Below are positions 30,272 to 38,500 of a stretch of 64,000 bases of DNA, piece by piece. This stretch comes from an uncultured Clostridia bacterium (GTDB lineage Bacteria > Bacillota > Clostridia > HGM11514), in contig CAKSKB010000008.1 in the NCBI GenBank assembly GCA_934464705.1, positions 1,591 through 65,590 on the forward strand, in the 5' to 3' direction. Under the pieces are notes generated by a model that did not search any database, was not told the DNA's origin, and saw only the letters and a list, made by a program, of their open reading frames with translations. Within the stretch, counting starts at the first letter, position 1, and each line of letters starts with the position of its first letter. The translations under genes were made by a program, and so were the position numbers.

Positions 30272-31318
30272 ATGAACAGCTTCAAAGCATTTTTGAAACG
30301 CAAAAATATAGAATTTTCGTTAAAACGCTACGGAATTGACGCTCTCGGGGCAATGGCGCAGGGGCTTTTCGCATCCCTTCTCATAGGAACGATACTCTCA
30401 ACCTTAGGCGAACAGATTGGATGGAACGCACTTGTTGAGGTCGGGAATGTTGCAAAAACAGTTCAGGGGCCGGCAATGGCAATAGCGATAGGATATGCGC
30501 TTAAATGTCCTCCGCTGGTGCTCTTCTCGCTTGCCGCAGTAGGTGAAACCGCAAACTATATGGGCGGTGCAGGCGGTGCTTTTGCGGTTTTGGTTATTAC
30601 GATTGTTGCGGCTGAGCTTGGAAAAGCAGTCAGCAAAGAAACAAAGCTTGACATACTTGTTACTCCTATTGTTACAATCGGCTCGGGCGCACTGCTTTCA
30701 ATGACTATTGCATCGTATATCGGCGCAGGTGCGTCGCTTGTAGGAACATTCATCATGTGGGCAACGGAGCTTCAGCCCTTCTGGATGGGCATAATCGTTT
30801 CGGTTGTTGTCGGGATTGCTCTGACGCTTCCGATTTCAAGCGCAGCCATATGCGCAGCACTCTCGCTTACCGGACTCGCCGGCGGCGCGGCACTGGCAGG
30901 CTGCTGCGCACAGATGATAGGCTTTGCCGTAATGAGCTTCAGGGAAAACAAATGGGGCGGACTCCTTGCGCAGGGTCTCGGCACAAGTATGCTGCAGATG
31001 GGCAATATTGTTAAGAATCCGAGAATATGGATTCCGCCGACACTCGCATCCGCAATATGCGGGCCGATAGCAACCTGTATATTCCGCCTTCGTATGGACG
31101 GCGCTCCGGTATCATCAGGCATGGGCACATGCGGTCTTGTAGGGCAAATCGGCGTTTATACCGGCTGGATTGAAAAGGGAATAGACATCACAGCATTTAA
31201 CTGGATAGGTTTAATTGCAATTTCATTTGTTCTTCCGGCGGTTCTCACATGGATTTTCGGGCTTTTCTTCCGAAAAATCGGCTGGATTAAAGAAAACGAC
31301 TTAAAACTGGATATATAA
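30272..31318 (+). CDS. Polytopic membrane protein, PTS-EIIC-like (PTS_EIIC_2-type). Family assignment is tentative
   Basis: 348 aa, about 10 TM segments. The N-terminal FLKRKNIEFSLKRYGIDALGAMAQGLFASLLIGTIL resembles stand-alone EIIC-like permeases. No EIIA/EIIB partner in the window. Confidence 0.45.
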   Translation: MNSFKAFLKRKNIEFSLKRYGIDALGAMAQGLFASLLIGTILSTLGEQIGWNALVEVGNVAKTVQGPAMAIAIGYALKCPPLVLFSLAAVGETANYMGGAGGAFAVLVITIVAAELGKAVSKETKLDILVTPIVTIGSGALLSMTIASYIGAGASLVGTFIMWATELQPFWMGIIVSVVVGIALTLPISSAAICAALSLTGLAGGAALAGCCAQMIGFAVMSFRENKWGGLLAQGLGTSMLQMGNIVKNPRIWIPPTLASAICGPIATCIFRLRMDGAPVSSGMGTCGLVGQIGVYTGWIEKGIDITAFNWIGLIAISFVLPAVLTWIFGLFFRKIGWIKENDLKLDI

Positions 31319-31354
31319 AAATCTGCAGCCGGGCAGAGCATTATTAAAATAAAG

Positions 31355-31410
31355 CATTTGCGTGTATCGTCAGGTTTCATGAGATACGGAGCAAATGCTT
31401 TTAATTTTTA
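31355..31410 (+). terminator. Compound hairpin terminator after the EIIC-like gene
   Basis: aagcatttgc ... gcaaatgctt outer stem with an inner stem gtatc...gatac, followed by TTTAATTTTT. Confidence 0.45.
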
Positions 31411-31474
31411 ACTTGTATGTTTAGCGGCGTTCCTTGCAAATGATATTTACGGCTTTATAAAATGGCGAAGAATA

Positions 31475-31502
31475 GAAAAAAAGGCAGGCGTTTGCGCCTG
31501 CC
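31475..31502 (-). terminator. Rho-independent terminator after the mreB-like gene
   Basis: GGCAGGCG-tttg-CGCCTGCC hairpin with a 7-8 nt U-tract on the minus strand (plus-strand aaaaaaa at 31475-31482). Confidence 0.65.
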
Positions 31503-31522
31503 CGGACTGCCTGAAAAACACA

Positions 31523-32509
31523 TCATACACTCTTTTCCGCTGCCAATCCCGCTCCGATTGCCACGCAGGAAGCTGCATCCTTTGCGACATATGCGGAAAT
31601 GCCGGTTGATTTCCCGATAAGCTCTGAGATACCGCTCAAAAGACTCCCCCCTCCGGTCATAAGAATACCGTGTGCATTAATATCCGAAATAAGTTCGGGA
31701 GGAGTGCTTTCAAGCACACACTTAACCGAATCGACAATTCTTTCCGCACAGGGCATCAGCGCCTGCCTTACATCTTTAGAAGTTATAACAAAATTTTCGG
31801 GCAAACCGCTAAGCAGCCCAAGACCCGAAACCCTCATTTCGCCTTCTGCGTTTTCATCGACACTGCCGATTTTGATTTTTATATCCTCAGCGGTTCTGCT
31901 TCCGATTGTGATATTGTAGTTTTTGCGCACATAGCGCCTGATTGCTTCGTCAAAACTGTCACCGGCACAGAAAACCGTGCTGTTCACAACAATTCCGCCG
32001 AGAGAAATAACAGCAATATCACTGCTTCCGCCGCCTATATCGATAACCATTCTTCCGCACGGCTTGTTTATGTCAATTCCTGCGCCGATTGCCGCCGCAA
32101 CGGGTTCCTTAATCAGCTTTACACGCCTCGCCCCGGCAGCTGACGCAGCGTCTGACGCCGCTCTTTTTTCAACCTCGGACGCAAGGCACGGAACGCATAT
32201 AACCACCGACGGTTTCATGATATGTCCGCCCTCGGCTTTTCTTATATAATGCTTCAGCATACGCTCTGTCATTGAAAAATCGGAAATAACGCCGCTTCTG
32301 AGCGGCCTTACGGCAGTGATATTCTCGGGCGTTCTCCCGAGCATGCCCCTTGCCTCTCCGCCGAACGCAACGGTCTTTCCCGAAGCGTCGACCGCTATAA
32401 CAGACGGCTCCCTGATAACAATGCCTTTCCCCGAAACATACACCAAAACAGAAGCCGTTCCAAGGTCAATCCCGATATTTTTGGAAATAATATTAGCCAA
32501 CACGCTCAC
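31523..32509 (-). CDS. MreB/Mbl-family actin-like protein (orphan paralog, not in an mreBCD context)
   Basis: Actin-fold phosphate and adenosine motifs IGIDLGTASVLVYV, DIGGGSSDIAVIS, ILMTGGGSLL. 328 aa. Confidence 0.85.
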   Translation of the reverse strand: MSVLANIISKNIGIDLGTASVLVYVSGKGIVIREPSVIAVDASGKTVAFGGEARGMLGRTPENITAVRPLRSGVISDFSMTERMLKHYIRKAEGGHIMKPSVVICVPCLASEVEKRAASDAASAAGARRVKLIKEPVAAAIGAGIDINKPCGRMVIDIGGGSSDIAVISLGGIVVNSTVFCAGDSFDEAIRRYVRKNYNITIGSRTAEDIKIKIGSVDENAEGEMRVSGLGLLSGLPENFVITSKDVRQALMPCAERIVDSVKCVLESTPPELISDINAHGILMTGGGSLLSGISELIGKSTGISAYVAKDAASCVAIGAGLAAEKSV

Positions 32510-32544
32510 CTCTCGACTGACATTATTTCCCGAAAACTCCTGTT

Positions 32545-32763
32545 TTATTCTATCGAAAAATCATCCGGCGTAAAATTTTTCTCCTTGGGTTTTCTCATGC
32601 GTTTGGGCTGTATTCTAAGATAATTAAGGTCGAATTTCGGGCATGCGTGCTCCGGCTGAACAATCCCCTCAAATTCACACAGAATATCATCGGTCACCCG
32701 TATAAGCGTTGCATGATTGCAAAGCGCACAAATGCTGCGGTATTCATCACTCACCGCAATCAC
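32545..32763 (-). CDS. Small four-cysteine protein, hypothetical, immediately upstream of and co-oriented with the mreB-like gene
   Basis: 72 aa with Cys-X2-Cys ... Cys ... Cys (ICALCNH...ILCEF...HACPKF), suggesting a zinc-ribbon-like fold. The gap to the mreB-like start is 35 nt. Confidence 0.35.
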   Translation of the reverse strand: MIAVSDEYRSICALCNHATLIRVTDDILCEFEGIVQPEHACPKFDLNYLRIQPKRMRKPKEKNFTPDDFSIE

Positions 32764-32857
32764 TCCTTATAAATTTCATGTACATATATTTTATCACATT
32801 TCGGGCACAATTTCAAGTGCTTTGCATATATTGATAGTAACAGAAAGGCAGTGAGTT

Positions 32858-33166
32858 ATGATGAACAGCATTTTTCAGATATTGCTTCTGCTGTTTGCGC
32901 TGTACGGAATCGCAAACATTCTGTGGGAGCTGAACGAAAGCTTTTTCAAACAGAAAAATCAGAATACCGTTTCATATTTTGCGTTTATGCCGCTTGGGGA
33001 CGAGGACAGCATAGAGCACGAAATCCGCAGCTGCATAGACTACGCCGAGGAAATGAACTGTGAACCGATAATTATCGAAGGAGATAACTGGAGCAGCGAA
33101 AAAAAGCGCATAGCGGAAATCATAGCAAACGAAAGCGATATTAAAATCGTACATAAGAAAACATAA
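32858..33166 (+). CDS. Hypothetical protein with an N-terminal TM helix
   Basis: 102 aa ORF bounded by an RBS-like GGCAGTGAG upstream and a bidirectional terminator downstream. No recognisable motifs. Confidence 0.35.
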   Translation: MMNSIFQILLLLFALYGIANILWELNESFFKQKNQNTVSYFAFMPLGDEDSIEHEIRSCIDYAEEMNCEPIIIEGDNWSSEKKRIAEIIANESDIKIVHKKT

Positions 33167-33167
33167 T

Positions 33168-33200
33168 AAAATCGGTGCGAAAATAATTCGCACCGATTTT
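33168..33200. terminator. Bidirectional rho-independent terminator between convergent genes
   Basis: aatcggtgcgaa-aataa-ttcgcaccgatt perfect 12-bp stem flanked by A/T runs on both sides. Confidence 0.7.
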
Positions 33201-33204
33201 AAAA

Positions 33205-35412
33205 TTAATCTAATTGAAGAGGCACATCTCTAAAAAAACATTTCACTTCTTCACACTCACTGATATGCCTTTCAAAATTCTCTACATTGTAATCATTAAT
33301 CAAATCTGAGGTTTCAACTATACTCTTTTGCCATTCTGTTTCCATGTTGTCAAAAGCAGATTCAAATGCAGCTTTGGTATCATCCCAATATTTGTTTATA
33401 GCATTATGATACTTATCCAAGGCATTTTGGTCATTAAAGGCAGCTCTCAATTTTTTCGGAACCTTGTTTTTCCAATTTCCTGTAAGTACACCAAAAACAC
33501 CAAGTGCAGCAATAACTGCAGCTGCTATTCCCAAAGTTATAGGTCCTCCTATTGCGGAAACCGCAGAAATTGCAGTAGCTGTACCTCCGCCTATAGATAC
33601 GCCTAATGCCGAAAGAAGGCTGACTCCTTTAGCAACAATTATATATCCTCCCAAATTGCCGAGCGACGACGCCCATAAAGCAAGTCCGCCAAGGGTTGCT
33701 GCACCGGTAAGCCCGGATGCAAATGCTCTTTTGGCATCAAAAGTATTGGCATAACACTTGCCGGAAACTTTAGCAGCCTTACATTCATTTTCAAAATCGG
33801 CTATAACCTCTTCTATTTTTTTGTTTAAACCGACGGTACGGGTATTCAAAACAGCTTCCATTGAATTGCTTAATTCAGAACTTATATATGAACCTAAAAG
33901 CTGCATATCATCTTTTTTGTTCTTATACTTTTTTTGCTCTATGGTTTTTAAAATGAAATCGTCGGATAAAACCCTATCGTATTTATCATCAAAATGTTTT
34001 AGTGATTTTTGCCTTGCATCTTCAATATATGAAATAATACCGCTTTTCTTTTCATCTAATTTAGCTTTTCTCAACGGTTCATTTTTCAATGCTTCGGCAA
34101 CATATTCTTTGCAGTTTTCGCGTTCATTAATAAGCTTGTTGTATCTTTCAATCACCTCATCAATTGAAATAATATTTTCGTTGCAAAAATCCAACACGGA
34201 TTTTACTGCATTATCAGCTATTAATCCGGGAATCCGTTCTATAGTTTTAACAAATTCATTTTCGAAATCACTTCGTATACTTTCAATATCAATAGTATAT
34301 GAAAAGAATCTTTTTCTCATATCGGATTCATCGTAATCAAGACCGGTTACATTTCCCCTGTTTTTCCAAAAATCGTTGGGCAAAGTACTGCAGAACCGTT
34401 CGCAGCCATCATCAAGAATTTCCTCAACAGTATCTTTATTTCCTCTGTTTACGGCATGAGCGTGAGTTGCAACTACAAACAAGTTCGCAAACTTATCAAC
34501 ATTATTTTCCGGATTTTCAATTGCGGCAAGCATATTTAAAGCACTTTTCAGATTTATGCAATCTTCAGAATTAAAAAATCCCATAGCTTGAGACAAATAT
34601 ATAAGAACATCAGCCTTATTTTTTGCCTTTTCCGCAGTAATATTATCGCTTTCCACACCACCTGTGAAGCCGGGCACATCGACTAAATCACAATTTTTAA
34701 GTACGGCGCTGTCAACATAGATAAGGGCTGCACCGATATCGTCAGAACTTGCTTTATAACCTTCACCTTTCCTTGTTCCGTAAGACGAAAGCATTTCGGC
34801 ATTTCCGCCTGCAAGCCGCCATTTTTTGTAGTACTCCTCACATGTCAGTTTTGAATCATCAAAACATTCATCTTCGGTATCTCTTTTCATAATGGTAAGC
34901 TCATCCGAAATAAATTCCGGTCTGTCATCAATATGCTTAACATATACGGTTACCGATGTTGTAGGAGTCCAGTCGGTCGGCATTTTTTCTTTTCCTATTA
35001 GTGCGTTTATCATAGTACTTTTACCGGCATCGGATCTTCCCAAAAATACAACCTTTGGTTTTTTAGCCGCAAACTGCATTATTTCTTTGAGCTTTAACGC
35101 ATAGGTTTGATCAAATCCAACATGATTTTTTAAATAAGAATCAATGTAATTATCCAATATATTTTTTTTGTACCTTACCTCGCTCCAGGCATCTTCAACC
35201 TGCAACACCTTCGGCATAGGTTTTTCAAAAGAAACCAGCTGATCAAGCGTCATTCCTGTGCGAATTGCAATTTTTTGCAATACATCCAATGAAATTTGCT
35301 CCGGATTCTTTTCCAATCTTGAGATTGCATCCTGACGCATTTCCAAAAGAGCGGCAAATTCAGCCTGAGTCATTTTCAAACTATTTTCCCGAAAATTTTT
35401 CAAATCAAACAT
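33205..35412 (-). CDS. Fusion protein: N-terminal XRE-family HTH + dynamin-like / TRAFAC-class GTPase + helical stalk + C-terminal glycine-rich membrane paddle
   Basis: HTH_XRE: MTQAEFAALLEMRQDAISRLEKNPEQISLDVLQKIAIRTGMTLDQLV. GTPase: G1 GRSDAGKST, G2 threonine region TDWTPTTS, G3 DVPGFTGG, G4 NKAD. Long predicted coiled-coil middle region. An 80-aa Gly/Ala-rich hydrophobic segment (GLTGAATLGGLALWASSLGNLGGYIIVAKGVSLLSALGVSIGGGTATAISAVSAIGGPITLGIAAAVIAALGVFGVLTG), then a roughly 95-aa helical tail. RBS GGAGG 8 nt upstream of the ATG. Confidence 0.7.
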   Translation of the reverse strand: MFDLKNFRENSLKMTQAEFAALLEMRQDAISRLEKNPEQISLDVLQKIAIRTGMTLDQLVSFEKPMPKVLQVEDAWSEVRYKKNILDNYIDSYLKNHVGFDQTYALKLKEIMQFAAKKPKVVFLGRSDAGKSTMINALIGKEKMPTDWTPTTSVTVYVKHIDDRPEFISDELTIMKRDTEDECFDDSKLTCEEYYKKWRLAGGNAEMLSSYGTRKGEGYKASSDDIGAALIYVDSAVLKNCDLVDVPGFTGGVESDNITAEKAKNKADVLIYLSQAMGFFNSEDCINLKSALNMLAAIENPENNVDKFANLFVVATHAHAVNRGNKDTVEEILDDGCERFCSTLPNDFWKNRGNVTGLDYDESDMRKRFFSYTIDIESIRSDFENEFVKTIERIPGLIADNAVKSVLDFCNENIISIDEVIERYNKLINERENCKEYVAEALKNEPLRKAKLDEKKSGIISYIEDARQKSLKHFDDKYDRVLSDDFILKTIEQKKYKNKKDDMQLLGSYISSELSNSMEAVLNTRTVGLNKKIEEVIADFENECKAAKVSGKCYANTFDAKRAFASGLTGAATLGGLALWASSLGNLGGYIIVAKGVSLLSALGVSIGGGTATAISAVSAIGGPITLGIAAAVIAALGVFGVLTGNWKNKVPKKLRAAFNDQNALDKYHNAINKYWDDTKAAFESAFDNMETEWQKSIVETSDLINDYNVENFERHISECEEVKCFFRDVPLQLD

Positions 35413-35500
35413 ATTTTTTCCTCCGTGCTTTTTATTTTAACAATATATTATCACATAATTTTCATTTTGTCAAGTGGTGTTTTGCATTTTTTTATATTAT

Positions 35501-35518
35501 TTATGCATAATTGCATAA
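35501..35518. promoter_or_regulatory. Inverted repeat TTATGCA-N4-TGCATAA in the promoter region of the HTH-GTPase gene; candidate operator
   Basis: ttatgcat aat tgcataa at 35501-35518, about 90 nt upstream of the HTH-GTPase start codon, between the upstream terminator and the RBS. Confidence 0.3.
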
Positions 35519-35531
35519 ATAATATAAAAAA

Positions 35532-35557
35532 ATGGGTTCGCCGCATTGCGAACCCAT
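35532..35557 (-). terminator. Rho-independent terminator after the giant SLH protein gene
   Basis: atgggttcgc-cgcatt-gcgaacccat hairpin followed on the minus strand by TTTTTTTATATTATTT. It separates the giant gene from the HTH-GTPase gene. Confidence 0.65.
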
Positions 35558-35565
35558 TATATTTT

Positions 35566-38500
35566 TTACCTTTCCAAAAGCCTTTGAAGTATAGCTGCTG
35601 CTTCCGCGCGGGTTGCGGTTGCTTTGGGGTCAAGAGTGGTTTCGGTTCTGCCGACCATTATTTTTGAAGCCGCAGTCCACTTAAGCGCCGGGACAGCATA
35701 CTCCGAAATGTCGGCAAAATCCGCATACGAGGATATATCAAAGCTCTCGCCTGCGCTCACGCCAATGCCCTTAAAGCCTGCATATCTGTACATTATTGCC
35801 GCAATCTGCTCTCTTGTTATCAAATCATCGGGAGCAAACTCGGTTTCCGAATAGCCGCTTACTATGCCGTTTTCTGCTGCCCATGCAACAGCGTCTTTAT
35901 AGTATGCACCATCCAAAACATCCTCAAAACCGGAAGACCGCGAGGCTTTCGGCTCGCCTTCTGCCCTATGAAGAACCGTTACAAGCATAGCGCGTGTAAG
36001 ATTCTGATTTGGTCCGAAAAGCGTATCGGTTATACCCTTAAAGAGGTTGTTGTCATAAACATACGCTACATTATCGTAGAACCAGTCAGACTCAATGACA
36101 TCCGTAAACGGAAGTCTTGATTTTTCGGCAAATACCGCCTTAACCTCAATATCCCTGTCAATAGATTTTATAGTGTAAGGCGAGGTTCTGCCGACCGACA
36201 TACCGTTTATCAGTATATCGGCAATAACGAAGCCTTCGTCGGGGGTTGCGGTAACAGTGACGGAAGTTCCGCTTGCGGCTCTTTCGCTCGAAACTGTCAC
36301 TTTACCGTGTTCACTCTCAAGAACCGTAACCTTATAGTATCTCACGCTGCCGCTGCCCGAGGACGAGCCGCCGCTCGGTCTGTCGCCCTTTTTGAAGAGC
36401 GCAATTGCTTCGGTCAGATCCGAAACGGAATCGGTGTAATCCTTATCGGTGGATGAAGAATTGTTAAGCACCGCTTTTGCCTTTTCGATTGCATCCGAAA
36501 GCGCATTCTTTCTTCTTTCGGAAGCGTTCGGCTCAGACGCCAGCACACCTTCCGCCTCTGCTATTTTTGCTTCAAGGTCATCCCTTGTATTGGTTCCGAC
36601 CTCAATTACCACATTATCCGAAACACCTGCGGAAATTATCTGACCGTCCTCGGTTTCAACATCCGCCGTTGAAATTTTTGCTTTAACCGCCGTTTCGCCC
36701 GGGATAAGCGCAGTCAGTTTACCGCCTTCAAACGATACGATGTTTTTTGCGTACATGATGTTCCACTCAACATCGTCTTCATCTGCGATATAGGTTGAAC
36801 CGTTTGCCGACAAAAGCGCAGTAAGGTCAATGCTCTGACCGTTTCTTATGCTTATTTTCTTGATTCCGTTTGAATCGGCAGCAACGGATTTTCCGCCGTT
36901 TTGTATTTCAATTCCGGAAATTGCGGCACTGCCGCCCCTTATAACGGTTACGACAAGTTCGGTTTCGTTTCCGGCACGGTCGGCTGCCTTCAGCCTGTGA
37001 ACAACGCTCATTTTGCCCTCGGGAAGGGTTTTTGAGATTGTAAATCCGCCGTTATTTGAAATATTTATTCCGTCGGAGGAGCCGTCAACCGTGAGAACTG
37101 CCGAATTTTCGGTCATACCCTCAATTGTATATGCACCGGATTCATCAGCCGTTATTACATTTGCACCTATCGCAACGGCTGCTGACGGGTCTTCGATGCT
37201 TGCGGCGGTGTTTCTTGTAAGCGACAAAACAGGAAGCGATGTGTCAACCGTAAAGCCAAGCTGTGAATTTTCAATATCGGATGCATCAGCGCCTGTTATG
37301 TGGTCTTTGTTGTCGGCATATGCGGTGAAGTCGATTATGTAATCTCCGTCCTCGAGATTGTCAAGCACAAACTTCCAGTCGGTTTTGAACTTATTGTCGC
37401 TGTACGCTTTAAGCCCGTTTACGGAAAGTTCCACAAATGCAGGCTCGCTGAATGTGTATTCAACTGTCACGCTGTCCTGATTGATAAATTCCTTCGTTGT
37501 ATCAAAGTTGGTTTTAACCGACAACAGCTTAGGTGTTTTCGGATTCGGGAGCGTAAGAATATTCGAATCGGCATAGCCGTCACCGTAATAATAAAGCGTT
37601 TTGCTTTCATCATTCGGGTCAGCCGTTTCTCTAAGCGTTTTTATACGCACAAAATAGTTTTTGCCGACCTCAAGATTTGCTTCCTTGCCAAACACAAAAT
37701 TGCTGCCCATCGCAAACTGACCGTACGCATTATCAAGAATTTTGCCGTCCTCGGAGATGATTTCGGCAAGATAATGTGTGTAATCCGCATTTTCGGCATC
37801 GGTTGCCGATACGAATATTCCGCCGTTTCCGCCGTAAGCGATATGAACTGACGAAACGCTCTTTGGAAGCTTCGGATTTTTGAATGTTATCGGCGTTTTA
37901 TCTATCGCAAGGCTTATGCCGTCGGTTGCGGAAACGGTTGCAACCATATAATATGTGCCCGACGGGAACGAATCCGGAAGGGTAATATTCTCCGTGCCCG
38001 ATTTTATATCCGCACCGTCTTTATGAAGAATGTTTATGCCGAGTGCGTCACCGCTGTTTTTGGACGCTTTGATTTTATCAAGAACATCCGAGTCCTCAGT
38101 AAGATAAACATCAACGCAGCCCTTTTCGTGAGACTTACCGGTCACGGTAAGGTTTGCTGCCATGTCAAACGATTCGCTTGAATCATGCGATGCGGAAACG
38201 CCCGTAAGCTCCGCAATATCGTCAACCGCATTCATAGAGAATGTCTTTATCTCAATATTTTCGGTTGTGTATTTAACCTTCCATTCTCCGTTCGCGATTG
38301 CGTTTTTGTCGGTAACGGTTACATAGATGAAGTTTCCGTCATCACGGTTCTGAACCACCATGTTTCCGCCGCCGTTTCCGTCATCGGGAGTTGTTTCGAT
38401 TACAATTCCGTTTTTAGGACTTGTAACGGTTATCTCTCCCGCCTTGGGAGTTCCTGCGCCGGTGTACGGAATCTCAAGCAGGAGTGCGTCCTGATCGCCT

